Positions 19,103 to 30,251 of a stretch of DNA of 64,000 bases are shown one piece after another; position 1 is the first letter of the stretch, and every line of letters begins with the position of its first letter. The DNA is taken from sequence record NC_019500.1; one strand, written 5' to 3'. The DNA comes from Escherichia phage Bp7. The notes under the pieces were generated by a model. That model was given only the letters and a program-made list of their open reading frames with translations, did not search any database and was not told where the DNA came from. Made by a program: the position numbers and the translations under genes.

Positions 19103-22100
19103 TTATTCAATCCACTCAAACTTAACGGATTTAGTGACCGGGTCAGGAATAATACGAACGTTACCAATACGTAACCAATCAAGGATTGTAATGTTACCCA
19201 TTGTAGCGTTATCAGCAGGCAATGCACCAACCTCTTCCGCAGAAGGAGGGTTATCTGCCGTATAGACCATAGAGAACGTAGTCCATGCGTTTTTATTTTT
19301 CTGCCAGGTACGTGTATAACGAATAGTACCACCATTCAGTCCTGTAGGATAGCACACCCAATCTTGATAACATGAATCCAATGTATTACCAAACTGAGTT
19401 AACGTACCAGGATATTTAACTTCCTTATCACGAACAGAATAATCAAACCAAGTACCACGTAATTTCTGACCCGTCGTACTGAGAACTTCGTCACCAAAAC
19501 TACCGTCTTCGTTACGATAACGAATAGCCGGAGAACTAAATGCACCCGTTTCTGTCAACCAACCAGAAGCATTCCATATCTCATCAGAAACACCGGCAGG
19601 TTTAGTTTGGACCGTATCGATATTAACCTGACGTTTAGTTTTCATCGTCCAATAACCAGGGAACAGGTTAAATGTAGCCGAATCATTGATATCGACAGAC
19701 CAGAAGCCAACGGTTTCTGCAGTAGGGGCCTGGGATGCTAATGTAGGTTTAACACCAACAGAACGGACGTATTTTTGAGCAACCAAACCATTATTTGCCG
19801 ATACCTGCCCGGTAGAAACGATAGTACCTGAAGTAGTTACGTTTTGTAATGAAGACAGAGCAGAAGCATTTAATGTAGTTGTAGAAACACCGTTAGAAGT
19901 AGTTGTACCGGTGATATTAGCGTTCTTGGAAATACTAATAGAACCACTATTAACAGCAAAATCACCGGTCGTATTAAAGGTCCAGTAGAAAGATTCTAAA
20001 GAACCCGGCGATGGAAGATAATGTATTTTAAAATCACGAGTTCCGTCGTTTACAGTGCCTAAAGAGAATGTACCTTGCCCTAAACGTTGTTTAACAATAG
20101 GATGGAACTTGGCATCCGGGGTCGAATTTATCTCGGCAAAAATCGGAGCTAAAGTATCACCTTGAGAGTTCCAAGTACCTGCACCAGATTGGGGTCCTAC
20201 AAATTTAATAGATTTACCTGAGCTAACAGATACATCATTTTTAAAAGTAGAATTTCCAGTTACTTCTAGAGAACCTAAAATAGTGTTGCCGGTAATATTA
20301 GCCGTACTAGAAGACACCAGAGGAGCGGCCAGGTTCAATTGTTTTGTCAACGTTAAAGAACCATTAACCGTTTGGTCAACGTCTCTACGAATGAACTGGA
20401 GTGAATCTAGGCCATCCAATTTCTCGGAGTTCACAGCCGTAGCATTTATAGGTAAAAAGTTCTGTAAAGTTTTATTCATCTCGTAAGATGAAACAGCATA
20501 ACCTGTTTTAGGGTAGTTAGCTGCGTTCAGAACAGTATCGTCGTTCTCATAAAGGCCTGTACCTGAGTTAAATTTAACACCAGAACCGGTAACTTTATTT
20601 CCTGAATAGGTTAAAGCACCTTCGGTTAATTTAACAAATCCACGACGAAGTGCAGTAGCTTCCCAAGTGGTTTCGGTCTGTACTACATATTTTAAACCAG
20701 AAGGGCTTACAGCCAGAACTTTAGAAGTTCCTGCGGTTGTTTCGGTATTCGTTGCAACACGAATAATACCTTCAGAACTTTCAGTAGATTTTTTAGAATG
20801 TAATTTCAAAGGAGTGACGATAGTTTTATCATCAGTACCAACGTTGACTTCGGTCTGGGTCGCCAGGCGAGCAGTACCACGTTGAGTCTCATTTGCTTCT
20901 CTAATATCTAGTGTATAATGGTTCCATAAGGTTCCTGATTCAACCAAACCACTGGCTGCTGAGACAGAAGTTCTAGCGGTATCATTAAATCTTGTTTTAA
21001 TTTTCAACGGAGTTGAAATAACATTATCTAATACACCTGCATCAAATTCTACCTGTGTTGCAATTCTAGCAATACCAGTCAATCTTTCCGTAGCTTTCCT
21101 ATCATTTAACGTCTTAGGCGTTACCGCACGAGTATAATCTGTTCCAGTATCAGTCTCTGTTTGCGTAGCAATTTCAATTAACCCTGTACGAGTATCAAGA
21201 GCCACACGAGCATGTAATGTTTCAGGAGAAACAGCACTGTTGGCAAATCCACTTGCAGTTTGACCTGCGTTAACTTCAGATTGGTTAGAAAGATATACTG
21301 TACCCTGTTGAACTTGGGTAGCTTTATACTGGTCGAGAGCTTTAGGAGAAATAACCAAATTGCCTACGTTCTTATTATAAACGTTAGTACCTACAGTGTC
21401 TCTAGCAGTCGCAGGAGTGGTTCCTACAGTAGAGGTATATGTTACAATACCTGAAAGACTTTCCGAACCCTGGCGTGCTTGTAGCTTCTTAGGAGTGATG
21501 ATTGTAGTATCATCTGTACCCGTGTTAGTTTCAACTTGCGTAGCAATTTCAGCAACACCACGGCGAGTTTCGGTTGCAGTACGTTCGTTTAATTTCTTAG
21601 GAGAAATAATCAAATCGTCCTGGAATGCGAAGGTTGTGTCCTGGTTCACCTGAGCAGTAGTAGCAATACGAGCAATACCACGACGAGATTCAGTCGCTAC
21701 ACGATTAGCTAAAGTCTGTGGAGTAATTGCAAGTTCTTTCTCAGGGTTATTTTCATGGTCAACGTTTGCCTGAGTCTGCGACGCAAGGGCAATAACACCT
21801 AAACGAGCACGAGTTAAATCATCTTTAGAATCTACACGTTCTATAGTAGGAACGTTCTGAGCAACAACCCAATATTTGCCACCTGTAGTGGTGTCTTCGA
21901 TATAACTCAGTTCAATAACCGGAGTATAACTTATATCGCCATTAAAGGTCAGTACATCATTCAACACCCATTCAGTATCCGGCGGATATTCAGAACGTTT
22001 AGGGAACTGGAGCAATTGAACTGAAGAAGCAATTTTATATCCTACAGCAGCCTTAATATTTACCGTCTGAGCTTTACGGAGATAGTTCAGAGCAATCTTA

Positions 22101-23152
22101 ACGACATCACCCTGGGCTACGCCTGTAGGTAATGTGATATTAATCGTCTGCGGCGTTGTATTATTAGGACCAAAAACAATAATACTTTCGTTAGCCAAGA
22201 GTTCAACATCATCGCGAATTACACGTAAACGGGTTTTAAGGTCACCGTCCCAAACATACCATAATTTTTCGGTAGAGTTATAAACAAAGAATCCATCACC
22301 GGAGGTACGGAATTCCATGCTATGCTGTCCGGGTTTACCTAATGCAGACGAAGCATCAAACGTTTCAACGATTAAATGGAATTTACTTCCTAAACCATCG
22401 ATATCAGCGGTTTTAATAATATCGCCTTGGTTCGCATACTTAGGAAGAGTAAACTTAATTACTGCACCTGAAGTATAACGACGGAGGATGTTATCACCAG
22501 CTTGAGCTTGGAACTGGGCGGTGTTAGGTTCTACACGGATACCACGTTCTTCGTTACCTGATTCCCAGAAATGCCATAAACGGTTGGCAAAGATAATCAT
22601 ATTATAGGAAAAAGGCTTCGTAATTAAGGTCTCAGTGAACTGGTTACCGAAACGGACAATTTTCTGGTTACCACCGCCCGGAGCAGAACTAGACTGAACC
22701 TTGATTTCATTATAACCAACACGTCCACCGATATCTTTAATTACAACGGTATCGCCATCTGTAGGGTTAGGAGGCAGGGTAAATGTAGTAAAGCTAGCAG
22801 CAGAATCCACTGCAATATATTCACCAGAAGCCAGTTGGCGTGTAGGAGATGCTACGGTAATCCATTTAGGGTCAGTACGGGTAGCAGTCCAATAACCAGG
22901 TACAAAGGTTCCTGCTGGAGCATTGATATCACGTTGAGCAACCCAGATACGTTGGTCATGGATTACGGCAAACCCTTTCTTATATCCGCGCGTCTCGTCG
23001 TACGCCTGGATGGTGTTCTCATCTATAAAGAATTCAACGTTGACGCCGTCGTCTAATACATTGTAATCGGCTTTGGCAACATTGATAACTTTCTCGCCTG
23101 CAGCATCGAGTCCGGATGTAGCACGGAAGGCAGGTTTTAAAATATCGGCCAT
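19103..23152 (-). CDS. 34: long tail fibre proximal subunit gp34
   Basis: 1349 aa with internal repeats (ATQ.E...GT....AVTP..L), adjacent and opposite to rnh as in T4. Confidence 0.85.
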   Translation of the reverse strand: MADILKPAFRATSGLDAAGEKVINVAKADYNVLDDGVNVEFFIDENTIQAYDETRGYKKGFAVIHDQRIWVAQRDINAPAGTFVPGYWTATRTDPKWITVASPTRQLASGEYIAVDSAASFTTFTLPPNPTDGDTVVIKDIGGRVGYNEIKVQSSSAPGGGNQKIVRFGNQFTETLITKPFSYNMIIFANRLWHFWESGNEERGIRVEPNTAQFQAQAGDNILRRYTSGAVIKFTLPKYANQGDIIKTADIDGLGSKFHLIVETFDASSALGKPGQHSMEFRTSGDGFFVYNSTEKLWYVWDGDLKTRLRVIRDDVELLANESIIVFGPNNTTPQTINITLPTGVAQGDVVKIALNYLRKAQTVNIKAAVGYKIASSVQLLQFPKRSEYPPDTEWVLNDVLTFNGDISYTPVIELSYIEDTTTGGKYWVVAQNVPTIERVDSKDDLTRARLGVIALASQTQANVDHENNPEKELAITPQTLANRVATESRRGIARIATTAQVNQDTTFAFQDDLIISPKKLNERTATETRRGVAEIATQVETNTGTDDTTIITPKKLQARQGSESLSGIVTYTSTVGTTPATARDTVGTNVYNKNVGNLVISPKALDQYKATQVQQGTVYLSNQSEVNAGQTASGFANSAVSPETLHARVALDTRTGLIEIATQTETDTGTDYTRAVTPKTLNDRKATERLTGIARIATQVEFDAGVLDNVISTPLKIKTRFNDTARTSVSAASGLVESGTLWNHYTLDIREANETQRGTARLATQTEVNVGTDDKTIVTPLKLHSKKSTESSEGIIRVATNTETTAGTSKVLAVSPSGLKYVVQTETTWEATALRRGFVKLTEGALTYSGNKVTGSGVKFNSGTGLYENDDTVLNAANYPKTGYAVSSYEMNKTLQNFLPINATAVNSEKLDGLDSLQFIRRDVDQTVNGSLTLTKQLNLAAPLVSSSTANITGNTILGSLEVTGNSTFKNDVSVSSGKSIKFVGPQSGAGTWNSQGDTLAPIFAEINSTPDAKFHPIVKQRLGQGTFSLGTVNDGTRDFKIHYLPSPGSLESFYWTFNTTGDFAVNSGSISISKNANITGTTTSNGVSTTTLNASALSSLQNVTTSGTIVSTGQVSANNGLVAQKYVRSVGVKPTLASQAPTAETVGFWSVDINDSATFNLFPGYWTMKTKRQVNIDTVQTKPAGVSDEIWNASGWLTETGAFSSPAIRYRNEDGSFGDEVLSTTGQKLRGTWFDYSVRDKEVKYPGTLTQFGNTLDSCYQDWVCYPTGLNGGTIRYTRTWQKNKNAWTTFSMVYTADNPPSAEEVGALPADNATMGNITILDWLRIGNVRIIPDPVTKSVKFEWIE

Positions 23153-23184
23153 TTTATTTCCTTTTCGTTTTCAGGGTATAGAAC

Positions 23185-23192
23185 TATTTATA
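23185..23192 (-). promoter_or_regulatory. T4 late promoter TATAAATA for gene 34
   Basis: plus-strand tatttata = minus-strand TATAAATA, 33 nt upstream of gene 34 start. Confidence 0.6.
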
Positions 23193-23199
23193 GCAAGAT

Positions 23200-23229
23200 G
23201 TTTACTTCCTTAAAACCCATGATATAATG
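23200..23229 (+). promoter_or_regulatory. T4-type early promoter for rnh (-35 GTTTAC, -10 TATAAT)
   Basis: GTTTAC 23200-23205, TATAAT 23224-23229. Confidence 0.55.
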
Positions 23230-23259
23230 GACCTCTCAACTACTTGAACAGAGGTTCAT

Positions 23260-24207
23260 ATGAACGATTTAGATTTTTTACTTCCTGAAGAAGACCAACA
23301 AAAAGATGGATTTTTACTCCTAGATTTCAGCCAAATCATTATGGCGGCGGCTTTCCAAGAGTTTGGTGAGAATGCTGGATTTCCTAAAGTAACTACCGCA
23401 ATGCTTCGACACCTCGTGTTGAATTCAATTAAGAAAAACATTAAAGACTTCCGTAAACAAGGTTACAACCAATTAATTATTTGTGTTGATAACTCCAAAT
23501 CAGGTTATTGGCGTCGTCGTTATTCTTCTTATTATAAGAAAAACCGTGCTAAGGCTCGTGACGAATCACCATTTGATTGGGAAGGTTTATTCACAGCAAT
23601 GCATATTATTGTTGATGAACTGGAACAAAACATGCCTTATATTGTTATGAATATCGATACAATCGAAGCTGACGACCATATTGCTGTTTTAACCCGAATC
23701 CTTACGGCTTTAGGCCACCCTGTTATGATTGGTTCTTCTGATGGTGACTTTACCCAACTTCATAAATTCCCTGGTGTAAAACAATGGTCCCCAATGCAGA
23801 AAAAATTCGTCAAAACAAAATCTGGTGATGCATTGCTTGATTGCGTGACTAAGGTTGTTAAAGGTGACCGTAAAGATAACGTCGCGAGTATTAAAGTTCG
23901 TGGTGATTATTGGTTGACCATGGTTGAAGGCGAGCGTACTCCTAGCACTCGTGCCAAGGAACTTGAAGCAATTGCTCTTAATTATTATGACCATGATATA
24001 ATTAAAACACTTCTTACTGAAGAACAATATGAACGTTTCTGTGAAAACCAAATCTTAATTGATATGGACTTTATTCCGGATGATATTGTTGCTTTAATTA
24101 CTGAAAGATATAATACGTATAACAAACCTTCGAAATCTAAAGTTTATCCTTATTTCGTTAAATCGGGTTTGTCTAAACTAACCGCTACAGTAGCTGATTT
24201 TTATTAA
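23260..24207 (+). CDS. rnh: RNase H (5'-3' exonuclease/flap endonuclease)
   Basis: 315 aa; LNSIK, CVDN.KSGYWRR..YYKKNR, EADDHIAVL, SSDGDFTQLHK, KDNVASIKVR match T4 RNase H. Confidence 0.9.
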   Translation: MNDLDFLLPEEDQQKDGFLLLDFSQIIMAAAFQEFGENAGFPKVTTAMLRHLVLNSIKKNIKDFRKQGYNQLIICVDNSKSGYWRRRYSSYYKKNRAKARDESPFDWEGLFTAMHIIVDELEQNMPYIVMNIDTIEADDHIAVLTRILTALGHPVMIGSSDGDFTQLHKFPGVKQWSPMQKKFVKTKSGDALLDCVTKVVKGDRKDNVASIKVRGDYWLTMVEGERTPSTRAKELEAIALNYYDHDIIKTLLTEEQYERFCENQILIDMDFIPDDIVALITERYNTYNKPSKSKVYPYFVKSGLSKLTATVADFY

Positions 24208-24217
24208 GGTGAATATA

Positions 24218-24487
24218 ATGGCTAAAGAAAAAGTGAAAGTTGAATTCAATCAAGAAGAACATGGTAACACATTGGCACAACTGATTAAGTCTGCTTCCGA
24301 TACTAAATTAAAAATGGAAGCTTACGGCGACGAAATTAAAGATATCAAAGACCGTGCTAAGACTGAACTTGGCGTAGACGGTAAAATGTTTAACCAACTG
24401 TTCTCTCTGTACCATAAAGGCACTCGTGAACGTTTCGAAGACGAAAAAACTGAAGTGGTAGAACTGTATGACACAATCTTTGAATGA
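24218..24487 (+). CDS. dsbA: DsbA double-stranded-DNA-binding late-transcription protein
   Basis: 89 aa from ATG 24218 (T4 DsbA is 89 aa); between rnh and 33. Confidence 0.7.
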   Translation: MAKEKVKVEFNQEEHGNTLAQLIKSASDTKLKMEAYGDEIKDIKDRAKTELGVDGKMFNQLFSLYHKGTRERFEDEKTEVVELYDTIFE

Positions 24488-24770
24488 TTTTGATGGAGCG
24501 GTTAATACCGCTTCCGAACCTGTCCATGTGCTCGTAAACAAACAACAGAACGGTCTTGATATTGAGGCCTTTGTTGAAGCTGAAGGTTGTAGCTATCTCG
24601 AAGCGGCTACCGCATGGTTGGAAGAGAACAGCATCCCTGAAGGTAACTTTGCTCGTTATTTGCCTGCAGGAATTATTGATAAAATTATGAACGAAGCCAT
24701 TGATGATAACTTGCTTCGACCTTCAATGGCTCGAACGCAAAAAACTAATACTCTGGATTTCTTGTTATGA
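24468..24770 (+). CDS. 33: gp33 late-transcription co-activator
   Basis: 100 aa between dsbA and 59; acidic with hydrophobic C-terminal tail. Confidence 0.65.
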   Translation: MTQSLNDFDGAVNTASEPVHVLVNKQQNGLDIEAFVEAEGCSYLEAATAWLEENSIPEGNFARYLPAGIIDKIMNEAIDDNLLRPSMARTQKTNTLDFLL

Positions 24771-25420
24771 TTAAGATTCGCATGCCACCAAACAATAACC
24801 GTATGGTGAACGGCAAAAGTGTATATTCCCTATATTTGATGTTAAAGCATCATTTCAACGCCAAATACGACGTTATCAAATACAACTGGGTCATGCGAAT
24901 CTCTGATACGGCTTATCAAAAACGTCGTGACAAATATTTCTTTGAGAAATTGAGTGATAAATACACTTTGAAAGAGCTTGCTCTTATATTCATGAGTAAC
25001 TTGGTAGCTAACCAAGACGCATGGATTGGCGACATCAGTGATGCTGACGCCTTAGTCTTTTACCGAGAATATATCGGTAGACTTAAAAGAATAAAACAAG
25101 TTTTTGAGGATGATATCAAAAACATTTATTATTTTAGTAAGAAAGTGGAAGTTCAAGCGCTTTCTGAAATTTTTGATTATAATAAAAAAGTTAACTCGAG
25201 CTATATTTTTAAGCTCCTTCAATCGAATGTTATTTCATTCGAAACGTTTATTTTGCTTGATTCATTTATGGATATAATTGATAAGCACGATGAAAAGACT
25301 AACGATTTAGTGTGGTCTAAGTATTCGACTAAATTAAATGCTTACAAAAAAATTCTTATAGTAGATTCTATTGAGGCTCGTAAATTGTTCATTGAAACAA
25401 TTAAGGGTTGTAAATTTTGA
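24767..25420 (+). CDS. 59: gp59 helicase-loading protein
   Basis: 217 aa (same as T4); KSVYSLYLM.K.H.N.KYDVIKYNW.MR.SD.AYQKRRDKYFF.KLS.KY.LKELALIF.SNLVANQDAWIGDISDADALVFYREYIGRLK almost identical to T4 gp59. Confidence 0.9.
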   Translation: MIKIRMPPNNNRMVNGKSVYSLYLMLKHHFNAKYDVIKYNWVMRISDTAYQKRRDKYFFEKLSDKYTLKELALIFMSNLVANQDAWIGDISDADALVFYREYIGRLKRIKQVFEDDIKNIYYFSKKVEVQALSEIFDYNKKVNSSYIFKLLQSNVISFETFILLDSFMDIIDKHDEKTNDLVWSKYSTKLNAYKKILIVDSIEARKLFIETIKGCKF

Positions 25421-26052
25421 ATATAGTTTATAAAATGACTTGGCTTAATCGTCAGGCTAATAATATTAAGCCGTTTTCGTACATAGGTTCTAAAACTAAT
25501 TGTACTTTTGAAAATGGCGTGATTATTGACTGTAAAGGTAAAGAGTATTGGACCTCTTGCGAGCAATCAAGATTTAAAGAGGCCATCGAAGAAGAAAAAC
25601 CTATTGTTGAAATTTTGGCTATAACGCCATTTGATATTGTTATTAATATTGAACGTTCAGAACAATTGGAAGTTCAAGCTAGAGATAATGATGATTATTT
25701 TAATTTGGTTTATGCCGGTGGCGGATTTGGAGTCTTTGGATGCACTCACCCAGCCAAACGTCCTGAAGTTAGAGCCCATATGAAAGCTGCTAACTATATG
25801 AATCAACCCGATTACCGTCCTTGGAAAACTTCTAGAGCAAACCCTTTAGATTGGATGCTTAGTGATATTGCTTATACTAATTATTGTATAATTAATTCTA
25901 GTGGAAGAGCTTGTGGATGGAGGCGTCTCATTAACTCTGGTATAAATGTTAGTGAAACTACATCAAAGAGTATGATTAAACAATTTAATGAGGGTTGGGT
26001 TCCTAATGATGACCCTGAATTCATTAAGTTAAAAATGCTTTATTCGAAGTGA
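25417..26052 (+). CDS. ORF at the segG position; possible degenerate GIY-YIG-type homing endonuclease (start TTG 25417 or ATG 25435)
   Basis: inserted between 59 and 32 where T4 carries segG; N-terminus IVYK...PFSYIGSKT loosely resembles GIY...YIG; overlaps gp59 stop. Confidence 0.4.
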   Translation: MNIVYKMTWLNRQANNIKPFSYIGSKTNCTFENGVIIDCKGKEYWTSCEQSRFKEAIEEEKPIVEILAITPFDIVINIERSEQLEVQARDNDDYFNLVYAGGGFGVFGCTHPAKRPEVRAHMKAANYMNQPDYRPWKTSRANPLDWMLSDIAYTNYCIINSSGRACGWRRLINSGINVSETTSKSMIKQFNEGWVPNDDPEFIKLKMLYSK

Positions 26053-26150
26053 TATATAATTACTTCATCTTCAAAACCTAGTTATCAAGGTAAACGTGAT
26101 AACAACAACTGTTAATAAATTTATTAAATATATCAAATAAGGTAAATAAT

Positions 26151-27062
26151 ATGTCTATGTTTAAACGCCGTAATCCTGCTGAACTTGCTGCTCAACTGTC
26201 TGCAATGAAAGGTGGCTCTTCTTTCTCGTCTGATGACAAATCCGAATGGAAATTGAAAGATGACAATGGCGTAGGAACCGCAGTTATTCGATTCCTTCCT
26301 TCGAAAAACGAAGCTAATCCATCCCCATTCGTTAAGCTTGTTAACCATGGTTTTAAGAAAAATGGTCAGTGGTATATCGAATCATGTACGTCTACTCATG
26401 GTGATTTCGATTCATGTCCTGTATGTAAATACATGAACCAGAATGATACCTTTAATACTAATAATGCCGAATACAAACTGATGAAACGTAAAACTTCCTT
26501 CTGGGCTAACATCCTTGTTATTAAGGATAGTGCAGTGCCTGCTAACGAAGGTAAAGTGTTTAAATTCCGTTTCGGTCAGAAAATTATGGATAAAATCAAC
26601 CAGATGGTTGAAGTTGATACTGATATTGGTGAAGTGCCGGTTGACGTAACATGTCCGTTTGATGGTGCGAACTTCGTACTGAAATCTAAGAAAGTTGGCG
26701 ACTTCAAAAACTACGACGATTCCAAATTCATGGGTCAGTCTGAAATTCCTAACATCAATGATGAAGCTTACCAAGCTAAATTGATGGAAGAAATGCACGA
26801 CCTTTCTAAACTGCTCGATTTCAAATCATTCGAAACTAACGAAGCCAAGTTTAAGAAAGTTGTTGGTACAGCTGCTCTTGGTGGTGCTGCCGCTAAAGCT
26901 TCTGCTGCCGCTGATAAGATTGGTGATGACCTGGACGCATTCAGTGCAGACCTTGATGCATATGATTCCAAACCGTCTACACCTGCTCGTTCCACCACTC
27001 CTGAGCCGTCAGTAAGTCCTTCTGATGACGATGGTCTGGACGACCTGTTAGCTGGTCTATAA
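26151..27062 (+). CDS. 32: gp32 single-stranded DNA-binding protein
   Basis: 303 aa; [65 protein letters not shown], acidic C-terminal tail. Confidence 0.9.
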   Translation: MSMFKRRNPAELAAQLSAMKGGSSFSSDDKSEWKLKDDNGVGTAVIRFLPSKNEANPSPFVKLVNHGFKKNGQWYIESCTSTHGDFDSCPVCKYMNQNDTFNTNNAEYKLMKRKTSFWANILVIKDSAVPANEGKVFKFRFGQKIMDKINQMVEVDTDIGEVPVDVTCPFDGANFVLKSKKVGDFKNYDDSKFMGQSEIPNINDEAYQAKLMEEMHDLSKLLDFKSFETNEAKFKKVVGTAALGGAAAKASAAADKIGDDLDAFSADLDAYDSKPSTPARSTTPEPSVSPSDDDGLDDLLAGL

Positions 27063-27078
27063 GTTATTGATTTATAAT

Positions 27079-27103
27079 GGGAAGACTTCGGTCTTCCCTT
27101 TTT
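27079..27103 (+). terminator. rho-independent terminator after gene 32 (GGGAAGAC-UUCG-GUCUUCCC then T5)
   Basis: perfect stem-loop plus T-run. Confidence 0.65.
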
Positions 27104-27114
27104 GGCATTTAATG

Positions 27115-27143
27115 GTTTACAATGCCTTTAAACATGATACTAT
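27115..27143 (+). promoter_or_regulatory. T4-type early promoter (cassette variant ggtttacaatgcctttaaacatgatactatagacc)
   Basis: GTTTAC 27115-27120, TACTAT 27138-27143. Confidence 0.6.
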
Positions 27144-27173
27144 AGACCTTATCAACTACATGAGGAAATAAAA

Positions 27174-27536
27174 ATGGAAACTGGTAAAACTTACGCATTA
27201 GACCCTTCTTCTAAAAGAAAATTCATTGAGGGTAGTCCTGACGATAACTCACGTATGGTCAAACTGATGGAACAACACGGTGGTTCCTTTAAAGTCCTGG
27301 ATATGTGTTATATCGACGGTGATTATTTTGTTGAAAAAGTTGAAATGAAAGACGGTACTATCTTAGATAGCCTAGATAATGCTGATGAATATTTTGAACT
27401 CGCTGAATGGGAATTCAAACACTTCATAGAAGTAGATGATACCCCTGTAATAGATATCCAAACCATTCATGTACAAGTCAATCATAAAAATGCGGCAGAA
27501 GTTGTTGCCTTGATTAAAGCTACCTTTGGAATTTAA
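27174..27536 (+). CDS. hypothetical protein (120 aa; frd.3 position)
   Basis: ORF after early promoter and SD gaggaaa. Confidence 0.5.
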   Translation: METGKTYALDPSSKRKFIEGSPDDNSRMVKLMEQHGGSFKVLDMCYIDGDYFVEKVEMKDGTILDSLDNADEYFELAEWEFKHFIEVDDTPVIDIQTIHVQVNHKNAAEVVALIKATFGI

Positions 27537-27798
27537 CATGACTAAAGATGATTTCCTGGATGCAGTAGAAAAAGCCAGCGAACAATTCGAAGTTATGGGT
27601 GTACGAGTCCATAAAGACAGAAATTACGGGCTCGATATCCAAACGTATTCATTATGGCTTGTAGGTGAACATAGTCTTGTAACCACCTTAGTTATGGGTG
27701 TTGATGCACAACCTTTACTGGTTAAATTCAGAAGTATGGAAAAAGCTACCAAAGAAATGATTAAACTTGGTAAATGGCTCGATAAAATTCAAAAATAA
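27526..27798 (+). CDS. hypothetical protein (about 87-90 aa; frd.2 position)
   Basis: overlaps upstream stop; alternative ATG 27538. Confidence 0.45.
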   Translation: MEFNMTKDDFLDAVEKASEQFEVMGVRVHKDRNYGLDIQTYSLWLVGEHSLVTTLVMGVDAQPLLVKFRSMEKATKEMIKLGKWLDKIQK

Positions 27799-27800
27799 GC

Positions 27801-27829
27801 GTTTACATCTGCTTTAAACATGATACTAT
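27801..27829 (+). promoter_or_regulatory. T4-type early promoter (third near-identical cassette copy)
   Basis: GTTTAC 27801-27806, TACTAT 27824-27829; 40/40 identical to 9433-9472. Confidence 0.6.
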
Positions 27830-27861
27830 AGACCTATCAACTAATGAGTGAGGAAAATAAA

Positions 27862-28089
27862 ATGGCTAAGGTTAATATTGATATCGTTGATTTTGAATAC
27901 ACTTACGAAGTTATCCGTAATCGTTATCCTTCTTTAGTTATGACCCATATTAAAGATACTCAATTCTGTAGTATGCAAATTGAAGTCCAAGGTCCTCTTG
28001 AAGACCTTACCCGCTTTATGGCTGACGAGTATTGTGACGGTATGCACCCGGAAGACGCTAAATTTTATACGGGCTTAATTCAAAAATAA
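27862..28089 (+). CDS. hypothetical protein (75 aa)
   Basis: ATG 27862 after leader ctaatgagtgaggaaaataaa; the 27844 ATG lies in the SD region and is rejected. Confidence 0.45.
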   Translation: MAKVNIDIVDFEYTYEVIRNRYPSLVMTHIKDTQFCSMQIEVQGPLEDLTRFMADEYCDGMHPEDAKFYTGLIQK

Positions 28090-28123
28090 GTTTACACCAG
28101 GCTATGGTAGTGATACTATAGCC
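28090..28123 (+). promoter_or_regulatory. T4-type early promoter with 7-bp inverted repeat aggctat/atagcct around the -10
   Basis: GTTTAC 28090-28095, TACTAT 28114-28119. Confidence 0.55.
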
Positions 28124-28144
28124 TTATCAACTAAGGAGAATAAA

Positions 28145-29830
<1,686 letters not shown>

Positions 29831-29891
29831 AAATTCAAATAATCTGTACTCTGTTTTTGGTTATTATGGTTGGGCTGAATTTGGTGCTATA

Positions 29892-30185
29892 ATGAGAGTT
29901 TGCAGAGTTGTTAACAAGTATAAAGAAGACTTTGATGTCAATATCCAACGTGGAACTATGTGGGGTAATCCATTTAAAGTTGGAACCCGCGAGGAAAACA
30001 TCAAGAACTTTAAAGAATACTTTATTGCTAAAATAAAATCGGGCGAAATTAAAAGAGAACATCTTGAAACCCTTAGAGGTATGCGTATAGCGTGTACCTG
30101 TAAACCTAAGGACTGTCATGGGGATGTGATAGCCCTGGTTGTTAACAAACTTTTCAAAGACACGTTCTCATTAGAAGACCTATAA
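29892..30185 (+). CDS. small conserved protein (97 aa) with WGNPF and C-x-C...C-H motifs; nrdA.1/nrdA.2 position
   Basis: MRVCRVVNKY...GTMWGNPFKVG...MRIACTCKPKDCHGDVIALVV; start 29892 chosen from in-frame ATG. Confidence 0.45.
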   Translation: MRVCRVVNKYKEDFDVNIQRGTMWGNPFKVGTREENIKNFKEYFIAKIKSGEIKREHLETLRGMRIACTCKPKDCHGDVIALVVNKLFKDTFSLEDL

Positions 30186-30194
30186 ATATCAGTC

Positions 30195-30233
30195 CATGCT
30201 TAACAGGTTCTATGATAGAATAATTATAGAACC
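30195..30233 (+). promoter_or_regulatory. candidate MotA-dependent middle promoter for nrdA inside an 8-bp inverted repeat ggttctat/atagaacc
   Basis: MotA-box-like TGCTTAA 30197-30203, -10 TAGAAT 30216-30221 at 12-bp spacing; a TATAAATA late-promoter match also lies at 30181-30188. Confidence 0.4.
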
Positions 30234-30251
30234 TAACATATTGAGGAAATT

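Noticed and set aside
26768-26998. Minus-strand ORF in the gene 32 C-terminal region
   Set aside because: It is the reverse reading of the Ala/Asp-rich acidic tail of gp32; no promoter or SD.
9433-28129. Repeated about-40-bp promoter cassettes considered as a possible CRISPR array or other tandem repeat
   Set aside because: Copies are dispersed at irregular distances, each is followed by an ORF with an SD, and they carry clear -35/-10 promoter hexamers; there is no regular repeat-spacer periodicity.
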